NCBI GenBank assembly: GCA_048498835.1
Contig: JBEHXF010000003.1
Coordinates: 516 to 64,515 of the forward strand
Source of the DNA: Chlamydiota bacterium
GTDB taxonomy: Bacteria; Chlamydiota; Chlamydiia; Chlamydiales; SM23-39
Direction: 5' to 3'
Length of the DNA: 64,000 nucleotides
The notes beneath the pieces were generated by a model. It was not told the DNA's origin and did not search any database. It saw nothing but the letters and a program-made list of their open reading frames with translations. Shown here one piece after another: positions 26,332-34,777 of the stretch; the stretch's first letter is position 1; each line of letters opens with the position of its first letter. The position numbers were made by a program, and so were the translations under genes.

Positions 26332-26681
26332 TAGTTTTCATCGCAGCGGGTTTTCTATTTTTATTCCCAGGAAATGGAACGGCTTTCCAAGAAGGGCAAA
26401 ATAATGCCTCTTGGGTCAAGGAATGTCAAGGTGATCGCATCTACATTAATAGCGATAAGTTAGAGATAAAGGGTAATCGTATATTTGTGAAAGATGAGAA
26501 TAATGCGCCTCATCCCCTGAGTCATCTTTTTGTGGATTCGGTCGGAATTTTCACAACAACTGAGACCATGAGCGACACAGAACTTGCAAAAGTGTGGAAC
26601 ATTGTTTGGTGCAAAACCTGCAATGCCTACCGCTCTGTGAATGTTCAGGGATTATGCGTGAAATGCGGCAATCGTCCATAA
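26322..26681 (+). CDS. Small secreted protein with C-terminal CxxC..CxxC zinc ribbon
   Basis: GTG start. Signal-like MKSLVFIAAGFLFLFPGNGTA. CKTCNAYRSVNVQGLCVKCGN. Confidence 0.5.
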   Translation: MKSLVFIAAGFLFLFPGNGTAFQEGQNNASWVKECQGDRIYINSDKLEIKGNRIFVKDENNAPHPLSHLFVDSVGIFTTTETMSDTELAKVWNIVWCKTCNAYRSVNVQGLCVKCGNRP

Positions 26682-26824
26682 GAGACTGTTAACGAATTAA
26701 GTCTCAATATTGAGAGAGGTTGTTTAGGTTACTCGATCCGGCGTCTGATTGGAGCGTTCCAATGAGACTTTGGAGATAGGCAAGTTCGCTTGCTGGCGAA
26801 GAGCTGGGAATAGTCTCCAAAGCT

Positions 26825-26883
26825 CTAAAAGCTGCGCCGAAACCGGCGGGTCCTTCAGCGACCCAACTCGATTTCAGCTCACT
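26825..26883 (+). repeat. recD 3'-end segment, copy 2 (ectopic)
   Basis: 59 bp with two mismatches to 24959-25017. It then diverges (gatacattaa). Confidence 0.85.
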
Positions 26884-27131
26884 GATACATTAAATTTATG
26901 AGATGTTGCTGGATCCAGCGTTCATCTGAAGCATGCCTGCGAATTTTTTAATCTTTGGAACTCCAAGAGAATAAGATCGAAAACGGCGCTCTGAATCTTC
27001 TATCCACAATCTTTTATTTTTCCTAAACAAGAGGTGAGGCTTCTGATAATCAAGAACCGTCGACTTTTCTCGCCGATCGTTGTGCTCGATTTGGCGTGTA
27101 TCGCAAATAGAGACTTTTTCTACACATCGAT

Positions 27132-27752
27132 CTAGAAATTCACGACTTGAGAAAAGCCATTCACCATGATGATAGAGAACAAAATCATCAGCAAGAATTG
27201 CTGCGCGCTGACCGATTGCTCATTTAACTTCCGTTTAGCGACTTCTATGGGTTGCTGAGTGGCATTAATTGTAGGTGCAATATTTGGGGCTAAATCGACT
27301 TCGACAGGGGGCGAGTTCGGATTGCGTCCAAAATGTTGCTTTTCGATACACTCGATTAGCTCGCAAACTTTGTTTGCAGTAAAAAATAAGACTCTAGCGA
27401 GTCTTTTATTTTCATCATCCTCTTGGCGGATTTCTTCTATTGGATCAAACCGGATCTCTTCGAGATTTTGTTGACGAAGATGCCCCCCTATTAATAATTT
27501 GTCATGGAAAATCATTGTCATTTCCTCAATTACCCGCTGATTGGTATCTTGCGATGTAACTGAAATAATTGTCTCACCGGTTTGGGTGTTTGAGCATTCC
27601 AATCTCGAAGCTACGTTTTGTGTAGTTCTTGCAGTTTGGTCAATCATTCGAGGGTTTTCTTGCTGGAATGGAATGTGAGGCTGCCTTAAGAAGTAATCAT
27701 ACAAAGGATTCGGTATGTTATCTCTGGCCAACTGATTGTTCATATCAAACAT
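27132..27752 (-). CDS. Hypothetical tail-anchored membrane protein
   Basis: 206 aa with a single C-terminal hydrophobic segment FLLMILFSIIMVNGFSQVV. Confidence 0.5.
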   Translation of the reverse strand: MFDMNNQLARDNIPNPLYDYFLRQPHIPFQQENPRMIDQTARTTQNVASRLECSNTQTGETIISVTSQDTNQRVIEEMTMIFHDKLLIGGHLRQQNLEEIRFDPIEEIRQEDDENKRLARVLFFTANKVCELIECIEKQHFGRNPNSPPVEVDLAPNIAPTINATQQPIEVAKRKLNEQSVSAQQFLLMILFSIIMVNGFSQVVNF

Positions 27753-27946
27753 GATCGTCTCGCTATTTAGTACAATCTTATTGGGAATTGTCAGGATGAC
27801 GACAATTCACCGTTATTAAAATAAATATTATATCAAAATATTGGTTATTTTTTTATATTTAATAGAATCTAGGGGAGATAATAAATCCCATTAATCGAAA
27901 GAATTATGGAATTAGCAGAATTTAAGAGACTTGCGCGCCAGGAAGA

Positions 27947-28046
27947 AGGTTTTGGATTTGGGGGAGTTCGAAGTCGGGGCCCATGCCGCCGGCGAGGATC
28001 ATCCCCTGGCTGCAGCGACCCAACTTGACCTCAGTTCACTCAAATA
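27947..28046. repeat. Chimeric scar: metG 3' fragment fused to recD 3'-end copy 3
   Basis: 27947-28010 aligns with 28585-28648 (inside metG, about five mismatches). About 28011-28046 aligns with recD 24989-25024 (about seven mismatches). Confidence 0.8.
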
Positions 28047-28483
28047 GCAGCCTCTTTCATTTCTGCAGCAACTTCATTAGATGAAGAAACAAACTCAATT
28101 TTACGTTCTTGTGCTATTTTTTTTGCCTTATCTGAGGCTTTTTGAAGAGTGTCTTCACTGCCTAACAGTTCAGTATTAACGAAAAGATAATCGGGATTAG
28201 AGAGTTGAAAGACATAATAACGATCTAGAGCAAAAACAGCCGTGACAACACTTCCGCTCCTAATATAAGAGATGCCAGTGAGCTTAGCTAAAGATTGAGC
28301 TCTTTTAATTGCCTCTTCTTTTTTTTCAAAGCTTCCTTTATTGACCTTTTCTACAGATGATAGGATAACGCGTTGATTTGCATATGTCGGAAATCGATTT
28401 AGCTCAATCCAGAATTCCTCGCATTCTTCATCGATGGTTAGAAATTGAGTTACAGGATGCTTTGAGGTTTCTGAAACTGACAT
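28040..28483 (-). CDS. Hypothetical protein, paralogue B (of 25017-25460)
   Basis: See paralogue A. GGAGGA-like ggaggat precedes the ATG. Confidence 0.65.
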   Translation of the reverse strand: MSVSETSKHPVTQFLTIDEECEEFWIELNRFPTYANQRVILSSVEKVNKGSFEKKEEAIKRAQSLAKLTGISYIRSGSVVTAVFALDRYYVFQLSNPDYLFVNTELLGSEDTLQKASDKAKKIAQERKIEFVSSSNEVAAEMKEAAI

Positions 28484-28558
28484 GTATCCTCCAAAATTAA
28501 AAGTTTAGAGATGCTACAACTTATAGATTGAATTATCAATCGAATCAGATTTGATCTC

Positions 28559-30598
28559 TTAGGAGACTGTGCTTCCCGGGGGGAGGTTTTGAATTTGGGG
28601 GAGTTCGAGGTCGGTGCCCATACCGCCGGCGAGGATCATCCCCTGGCTCTCGACACCCATGATGGTGGCCGGGGCTAGGTTGGCCAGGAGAAGGAGCTTT
28701 TTACCGATGAGTTGATCGGGTTCATAATGGAGGGCAATGCCGGAGACGACGATTCTTTTTTCAAAGCCGAGGTCAACGGTGAGTTTGAGGAGCTTTTTCG
28801 ATTTGGGGAGCTTGGAGGCTTCGAGGATTTGACAGACGCGGATGTCGAGTTTCTCGAATTGCTCGTATTGGATAGACTCTTTGAGTGGCTCGTAAGTAAG
28901 GGTCGACATGGCTGGTTTTTCCTGAGAGGTTTTTAGAGCGCCGAGTTTAGCGACTTGCTCTTCGATCTCGGAGTCTTCGATTTTGCGGAAGAGTGGAGTC
29001 GATCCGCCGAGGTGTTGATGGGTGGCAAGGGAGGTCTTGTGGATTTGGTTCCAAGAGCCTTTTGCGAGGTCTGTTTTAAAACCGAGAAGTTGCCAGACGG
29101 CTTGAGCTGAGGCGGGGATGATCGGCGAGGCGACGAGGGCGAGATTTTTGATGCACTCGAGGCAAAGAGCCACGGCTGTTTTCATTTTGGAATGGGTCGC
29201 CGGATCTTTGGCGAGGGTCCAAGGTTTTTTGCTATCGAAGTAAGCATTGCCAAGACTTGCGAGCTCCATCAGCGTTTGGGTCGCTTTGCGGAGGCTAAAC
29301 TGTTCGTAGTGTTGAGAAGCCGTATCGACCAGCGCATCGATTTGCTTCAGAAAAGCTTGATCGGCAGAGTCTAGTTCGCCGCGCGGCGGAACGGCTGCGC
29401 CGCAATGTTGTTTGGCGAAGACGAAGACTCGGTGGACAAAGTTGCCGAACTTGCCGAGGAGGTCGGCATTGCAGCGGCTTTGGAAGTCTTTCCAGCTAAA
29501 ATCGGAATCGGAAGTTTCGGGCGCATTCGCGGCAATTGCATAGCGGATCTGATCAGAGGTATAGCGGTTAAAGAAGTCGTCTAAATCGATGGTCCAGCCG
29601 TCTGATTTGGAGAACTGGCGACCTTCGAGCATGTAAAATTCGTTAGCGGGAACTTCATCGGGCAGTTTATAGGGTAGATCTTGTCCCATCAGCATAGCGG
29701 GGAAAAAGACGGTGTGGAATGGGATATTGTCCTTGCCGATGAAGTGGACGAGTTTCGTCTTTGGATCAAGCCAGTAGTCTTTCCACCGTTCTGGATGGCC
29801 GGTTTGCTCAGCCCACTCTTGCGCGGCGGAGACGTAGCCGATGGGAGCGTCGAACCAGACATAGAAAACTTTGTCTGGATAGCCAGGAACAGGGACTCCC
29901 CAATCGGAGTCGCGAGTGATAGCGCGTGCTTTTAGTTCATCGATGTAGCGCATCGCGAAGTGGAGGACATTTTCCTTCCAATGCTTGGAGCGGATCCAAT
30001 CGGCGAGCTGCTGCTTAAAGTGGTCGAAGCGGAGATAGAGGTGGGCGCTGGGACGAAGAACGAGGGGCGAACCAGTGAGTTTAGAACGGGGATTTTTTAG
30101 GTCGGTTGCTTCGTAGGAAGCGGCGCATTTTTGGCATTCATCGCCGCGAGCTTGGTCATACCCGCATTTGGGGCAGGTTCCGACGACATAGCGGTCGGCG
30201 AGGAAGCGCTTTTCTTGCTCAGAATAAAGGTGATTTTCGGTCCGCTCTTCGATTAGACCTTTTTCTTTGAGGGCTTGATAAAAGGCTTGTGTTGTTGGAA
30301 CATGGCCCGGCCAGGTGGTGCGGCTGTAGTGGTCGAAAGAAAAACCGAGCTTGTCAAATAAGCCTTTATTGATCGCGTGGAAAAGATCGACGTGCTGTTT
30401 TGGTGTACGTCCTGCGAGATCCGCGCTGAGCGTAATGGCTACGCCATGCTCATCAGAGCCGCAAAGATAGAGGACATCATTGCCTTGCAGGCGCTGAAAG
30501 CGGGCATAGCAATCTCCTGGCAGATAGGCTCCTGCAATGTGACCGAAATGGAGCGGTCCATTTGCATAGGGCAATGCCGAGGTAATCAGGATTTTCAT
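28559..30598 (-). CDS. metG: Methionyl-tRNA synthetase with C-terminal tRNA-binding domain
   Basis: ALPYANGPLHFGHIAG (HIGH), zinc knuckle CPKCG..CQKC, FSKS (KMSKS-type), C-terminal Trbp111/EMAP-like domain. Confidence 0.95.
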   Translation of the reverse strand: MKILITSALPYANGPLHFGHIAGAYLPGDCYARFQRLQGNDVLYLCGSDEHGVAITLSADLAGRTPKQHVDLFHAINKGLFDKLGFSFDHYSRTTWPGHVPTTQAFYQALKEKGLIEERTENHLYSEQEKRFLADRYVVGTCPKCGYDQARGDECQKCAASYEATDLKNPRSKLTGSPLVLRPSAHLYLRFDHFKQQLADWIRSKHWKENVLHFAMRYIDELKARAITRDSDWGVPVPGYPDKVFYVWFDAPIGYVSAAQEWAEQTGHPERWKDYWLDPKTKLVHFIGKDNIPFHTVFFPAMLMGQDLPYKLPDEVPANEFYMLEGRQFSKSDGWTIDLDDFFNRYTSDQIRYAIAANAPETSDSDFSWKDFQSRCNADLLGKFGNFVHRVFVFAKQHCGAAVPPRGELDSADQAFLKQIDALVDTASQHYEQFSLRKATQTLMELASLGNAYFDSKKPWTLAKDPATHSKMKTAVALCLECIKNLALVASPIIPASAQAVWQLLGFKTDLAKGSWNQIHKTSLATHQHLGGSTPLFRKIEDSEIEEQVAKLGALKTSQEKPAMSTLTYEPLKESIQYEQFEKLDIRVCQILEASKLPKSKKLLKLTVDLGFEKRIVVSGIALHYEPDQLIGKKLLLLANLAPATIMGVESQGMILAGGMGTDLELPQIQNLPPGSTVS

Positions 30599-30786
30599 GC
30601 TTTCAGGGCGTTCTTTGCTTGGTCTTCTGTGGCTCTAGCTTTAATCATTTCAATAATCTCATCTAGCGTTCCTTGCTGGCCGCTCAAAATAATATTACGA
30701 GCGACATTGATGGAGAAATTGCATAGATCGAAATTGTTTTTAAATTTTTTTCTCAACTGTTCTGATGTTAGGGATTCTAGAACCAT
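30595..30786 (-). CDS. Small protein, possible RNA polymerase omega subunit
   Basis: 63 aa. KNNFDLCNFSINVARNIILSG resembles the omega core (N-R-F-D-L-V..A-A-R-R-A-R-Q). ATGA overlap with the metG start, and gmk is nearby. Confidence 0.4.
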   Translation of the reverse strand: MVLESLTSEQLRKKFKNNFDLCNFSINVARNIILSGQQGTLDEIIEMIKARATEDQAKNALKA

Positions 30787-30866
30787 AAGCCTCTCTTATC
30801 AAATCATGTATAAGCATCGGATAAAGAGGGCTTTTAGATCAATGGTTTTTGGTGTAAAGTGAAATT

Positions 30867-31229
30867 ATGAACAAAATCCTTACCCTATTGCTCGCTCCTC
30901 TTGGCCTGATGGCCATGGTCGAGGTTACACAAGAAAACTATCAGACAGATGTTTTGAATTCGAAGAGTCCCGTCGTCCTGGAAGTCTACTCAACCCACTG
31001 CAGCCGCTGCAAGCAGATGAAGCCGATTCTCACCGAACTGGAGGAAGAGTTTGGCAATAAAGTGAAGTTTGCCAAAATCAATGTTGATAAAGAATATACG
31101 ATCTCTGTATCGCTCGGCATTCAAGCAGTGCCGACAACCATCCTGATCAAAAAAGGACAAGTAGTCCAAAAAGAGATTGGGACAATGGATAAAGAGGCGC
31201 TCAAAGAGTTAATTCAGAAAAATCTTTAA
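30867..31229 (+). CDS. Thioredoxin-fold protein with signal peptide (CSRC active site)
   Basis: MNKILTLLLAPLGLMA, VVLEVYSTHCSRCKQMKP, ..GIQAVPTTILIKKG. Confidence 0.8.
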   Translation: MNKILTLLLAPLGLMAMVEVTQENYQTDVLNSKSPVVLEVYSTHCSRCKQMKPILTELEEEFGNKVKFAKINVDKEYTISVSLGIQAVPTTILIKKGQVVQKEIGTMDKEALKELIQKNL

Positions 31230-31819
31230 CGGTTCTTGTGTTCTTCCGCGATCAGGATCGATTTAAGAACGGTGTAGGCAGTTTGCAGATTGTCGTTCAC
31301 GATGTGATAATCGTACTTATTTGAGAGGGAAATCTCATTTTCTGCCCAGGAAAGGCGGTGTTCGATCGCCTCTGGGGTATCTTCTTTGCGAGTGGTGAGG
31401 CGGCTTCTCAATTCTTGGAGGCTGGGCGGACTGATGAAAATGAAGGTAGCTGTGTAAGAGCCCATCAATTGAAGCGCTCCTTGCGTGTCGATCACGAGAA
31501 TGACGTGATGCCCTTTATCTTGCTCTGATTCGACAAATTTTCGCGAGGTGCCATAATAGTGGTTGAAAACTTGAGCGTGCTCGAGAAAGTCCCCTTCGCG
31601 GATCCTCGCTTCAAAGTCTTCAAAGGAGATGAAATGGTAATCTTTACCGTGTATCTCGTTGGAGCGCGGTTTACGAGTGGTGTAAGAGACGCTTTCGACA
31701 ACGCAGTTAAATTCCTGACGGATCATCCGCACAAGGGTTGTTTTTCCTGTGCCGGCGGGGGCGCTGACAACAAAAACCAAACCTCTTTTAAGCCCGCCTA
31801 ACACTGCATTCATAATCAC
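31226..31819 (-). CDS. gmk: Guanylate kinase
   Basis: SAPAGTGKTTL, SYTTRKPR, ..YYGTS. Confidence 0.9.
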   Translation of the reverse strand: MIMNAVLGGLKRGLVFVVSAPAGTGKTTLVRMIRQEFNCVVESVSYTTRKPRSNEIHGKDYHFISFEDFEARIREGDFLEHAQVFNHYYGTSRKFVESEQDKGHHVILVIDTQGALQLMGSYTATFIFISPPSLQELRSRLTTRKEDTPEAIEHRLSWAENEISLSNKYDYHIVNDNLQTAYTVLKSILIAEEHKNR

Positions 31820-32694
31820 TCAATATTTTGGATCTGCTCTCGGATTTTTTCCAGCTCGCTCTTCATCTCTACGACGAGATGTGCGATTTTTGCATCCATC
31901 GATTTAGAACCGATGGTATTCACTTCGCGGCCCATTTCTTGAACAAGAAAGTCCATCTTGCGTCCGCTGCCAGTGGAATGACCTTTAAAAAGTTCACTAT
32001 ACTGAGCGAGATGAGAGCGGAAGCGTGTGATCTCTTCGCTTGTATCAGCCCTTTCAGCAAAAAGCGCCACCTCGCGCAATAATCGATCATCGAGTTCAGC
32101 GCTCGGCTGAAAAATTTCTTCCATTCGCTCTTTGAGTTTTTTTCTCATTTTTCCGGTTGCGTCAGGAGCTTGTCGTTCGATTTCATGAAGCAGCCGAGCG
32201 AGCTCTTTCAAACGGGTTTGGATATCTTGAGCGAGACTGGCACCCTCTTTTACCTTCATCTGTTGCAGGTCTTTGAGAGCTTGTTTTAAACAGTTTTCGA
32301 TGGGTTCAAAATCGGTATCTCGAGCCAGTTCTTGGCGCGAGTTCGCTGTTGCATGCTGGACGAGAAATGAGAAGTCGATCACTTCTTTCTTATATCCGAG
32401 CGATTCAGCGATCCCCTCCCATCCTGTTTTCAGCGCACGGAGAAGTTCCAGGTCGGGTAAATTCTGTTGAACGGCGGAGGGATTGGGCAAAATGTGAATG
32501 CGAACGGAGATTTGCCCCCGCAGAAGATGTTCACTGACGATTTTGCGAATTTCGTTTTCAAATCGGGAGAATTCTTTTGGTAAAGAGACAAAGACTTCGA
32601 GATATTTTCGATTGATTGATTGAATTTCAACAATGACATTGCCGTAAGGGGCTTGAATCATGGACCGGCCAAATCCGGTCATACTTGCGATCAT
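31816..32694 (-). CDS. yicC: YicC-family protein
   Basis: MTGFGR N-terminus, C-terminal E..REVNTIGSK..VEMK.ELEKIREQ.QNIE. Confidence 0.85.
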   Translation of the reverse strand: MIASMTGFGRSMIQAPYGNVIVEIQSINRKYLEVFVSLPKEFSRFENEIRKIVSEHLLRGQISVRIHILPNPSAVQQNLPDLELLRALKTGWEGIAESLGYKKEVIDFSFLVQHATANSRQELARDTDFEPIENCLKQALKDLQQMKVKEGASLAQDIQTRLKELARLLHEIERQAPDATGKMRKKLKERMEEIFQPSAELDDRLLREVALFAERADTSEEITRFRSHLAQYSELFKGHSTGSGRKMDFLVQEMGREVNTIGSKSMDAKIAHLVVEMKSELEKIREQIQNIE

Positions 32695-32728
32695 GTATAC
32701 CTCTCCGTCTTGATTCTAGAGTAACCGT

Positions 32729-33358
32729 TTAATTTAGTAAATCAAGCTGGTCATCTGTTTGATAATAAATTCTCACAGGTTCAAAACTCTTTCGGTGAAT
32801 GGCACAAGGACCATATTGCTTTAAAGCTGCTAAATGTTCGGGTGTTCCGTAACCTTTGTGAATTGCAAATCCATATTGCGGATAGATCTTATCCATTTCG
32901 ACCATGATCCTGTCTCTCGTGACTTTGGCCAAAATAGAGGCTGCTGCGATACAAGCAGATCGACTATCCCCTTTCACAAGTGCTCGAGTTGGAATTCCAA
33001 AAGAGGGGGTCAAACTCCCGTCTACGAGGATGTAGTCGGGTTTTTCTTGGAGCTCAATCAGAGCTCGGTACATAGAGTGGAAGGTTGCTTTGAGAATATT
33101 GACCCGATCGATTTCTGGAGCCTCGGCTTGACCAATTCCAAATTCGATGCCAGGGGTTGAAATAAGAATAGCGAAGAAGCGCTCTCGCTCCTCTTCGCTC
33201 AATTGTTTGCTATCGTTGATCCCATCGAGAATGAGACCCTCAGGTAGAATGCAGCACGCTGAGACAACGGGTCCAGCAAGCGGGCCGCGACCCGCTTCAT
33301 CGATTCCGGCGATCCGTCGGCAGCCTTGCGCCCTTAGGCCCGTCTCAATCTCAAACAC
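32729..33358 (-). CDS. rnhB: Ribonuclease HII
   Basis: GIDEAGRGPLAGPVV, DSK.L, ..AASILAKV.RD. Confidence 0.9.
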   Translation of the reverse strand: MFEIETGLRAQGCRRIAGIDEAGRGPLAGPVVSACCILPEGLILDGINDSKQLSEEERERFFAILISTPGIEFGIGQAEAPEIDRVNILKATFHSMYRALIELQEKPDYILVDGSLTPSFGIPTRALVKGDSRSACIAAASILAKVTRDRIMVEMDKIYPQYGFAIHKGYGTPEHLAALKQYGPCAIHRKSFEPVRIYYQTDDQLDLLN

Positions 33359-33361
33359 AGA

Positions 33362-33754
33362 TTAGCTCTGTGGAGCTTCTTCTGCTTCTTCAACAACGGT
33401 CGCTACGAACTTCTCACGGACTTTCGCACCTTTGCCAGATCGACCGCGGAGGTAGTAGAGTTTCGCGCGGCGAACTTTACCAGGACGAACTACTTCGATA
33501 CCGGAGATACGTGGGCTGTGGAGCAAGAAGACTCTCTCCATGCTCGAACCATAAGCGGTACGATAGAGTGTGAATGTTTCAGAGAGGCCTTGGCCTTTTT
33601 TCGCAACAACAGTACCTAAGAAGGCCTGGAGGCGCTCTTTATCGCCCTCGACGATGCGAGTCTGGACTCGGATAGTGTCGCCGACGTTAAACGCTGGGAC
33701 TTTTTCTTTCAGGTAAGAGGACTCAAGCTCCTCAAGAACGGGTGAGCGGCTCAC
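33362..33754 (-). CDS. rplS: 50S ribosomal protein L19
   Basis: FNVGDTIRVQTRIVEGDKERLQAF.G.V. Confidence 0.95.
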   Translation of the reverse strand: MSRSPVLEELESSYLKEKVPAFNVGDTIRVQTRIVEGDKERLQAFLGTVVAKKGQGLSETFTLYRTAYGSSMERVFLLHSPRISGIEVVRPGKVRRAKLYYLRGRSGKGAKVREKFVATVVEEAEEAPQS

Positions 33755-33756
33755 GA

Positions 33757-34449
33757 TTATCTCCTTTTCAAATCTATATAGCTTTCTGCTAGCTCGGGTC
33801 GTACCCGGCGCGTTTTTTCTAATGCTTTATCCAGGCGCCACTGCCGAATTTTCGCGTGGTTTCCCTCGCGGAGCACTTCTGGCACCGCGATTCCTTCAAA
33901 TTCTTCCGGCCTCGTGTAATGAGGAGCGTCAAAGAGGCCGTTTTGAAACGAGTCCTCATTCACAGCGTCCGGATGGCCAATCACACCGGGCACGAACCGC
34001 ATCACGGCGTCGACTAATACAATGGCTGCAATACAACCATTCGTCAGTACATAATCGCCGATGCTGATCTCTTCATCTACTTCTTTCATCAGCACCCTCT
34101 CATCGACCCCTTCATAGTGGCCGCAGAGAAGGATGAGATGTTCTTTCTTCGCCAGCTCTTCACATTTTTTTGCTGTGAGCGGCGTGCCTTGCGGCGAAAG
34201 AAAAACCACATGGGAGCGTTCGGTTTTCACACTTCGAATCGCTTTGGCAACCGGCTCAGGGGCCATCACCATTCCGGGCCCTCCGCCGAAAGGGCGTTGG
34301 TCGACTCGGCGATGCTTATTCTCAGCAAAATCCCGGATGTCGATTAGGTTTACCCCGATCGCTCCCGATTCTCTCGCCCGTTTGACCATACTTACATCAA
34401 ACGGTCCCGAAAAATACTCCGGAAATAGCGAGAGAATATCGAACTTCAT
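33757..34449 (-). CDS. trmD: tRNA (guanine37-N1)-methyltransferase
   Basis: MKFDILSLFPEYF, FGGGPGMVM, CGHYEGVDERV, GDYVLTNG. Confidence 0.95.
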   Translation of the reverse strand: MKFDILSLFPEYFSGPFDVSMVKRARESGAIGVNLIDIRDFAENKHRRVDQRPFGGGPGMVMAPEPVAKAIRSVKTERSHVVFLSPQGTPLTAKKCEELAKKEHLILLCGHYEGVDERVLMKEVDEEISIGDYVLTNGCIAAIVLVDAVMRFVPGVIGHPDAVNEDSFQNGLFDAPHYTRPEEFEGIAVPEVLREGNHAKIRQWRLDKALEKTRRVRPELAESYIDLKRR

Positions 34450-34456
34450 GTGCGCG

Positions 34457-34777
34457 TTATTTCGCTTTCGCTTTTCGTTTTGCGCGCGCTTTGTTGATCT
34501 TCGCGACTTTCTTCGCGCTCATCTCTTTAACCACTTCTGGTGCGAGTTTTTTCACGAGAGATTTTACGCGGTCGGAGATCTGTGCGCCTTGGTCGATCCA
34601 GAATTGAATGCGTGGAACGTCTAGCTGGTAGTTTTTTCCTTCAGCTGCGAACGGATTGTACCATCCCAATTTCTCGACATACTTGCCGTCGCGCGGATTG
34701 CGCTCATCTGTTACAACAACGCGGAATCTCTGTCTGCTATTCGCGCCTTGCTGTCTCATGCGAATGACTAACGCCAT
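34457..34777 (-). CDS. rpsP: 30S ribosomal protein S16
   Basis: IRMRQQG....FRVVVTDERNPRDGKYVEKLGWYNP. Confidence 0.95.
   Translation of the reverse strand: MALVIRMRQQGANSRQRFRVVVTDERNPRDGKYVEKLGWYNPFAAEGKNYQLDVPRIQFWIDQGAQISDRVKSLVKKLAPEVVKEMSAKKVAKINKARAKRKAKAK

Noticed and set aside
27906-28028. ~40-codon ORF starting at ATG 27906 that reads through the metG and recD fragments.
   Set aside because: It is a chimeric frame assembled from antisense metG and recD remnants, and is most likely a by-product of the recombination scar.
28255-28265. Apparent 1-nt frame discrepancy near 28261 when I translated paralogue B by hand from the printed sequence.
   Set aside because: The supplied ORF track gives an uninterrupted 147-aa frame over 28040-28483, so I attribute this to my own transcription or counting error. 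As a result, my coordinates for nearby non-ORF features may be off by 1 nt.
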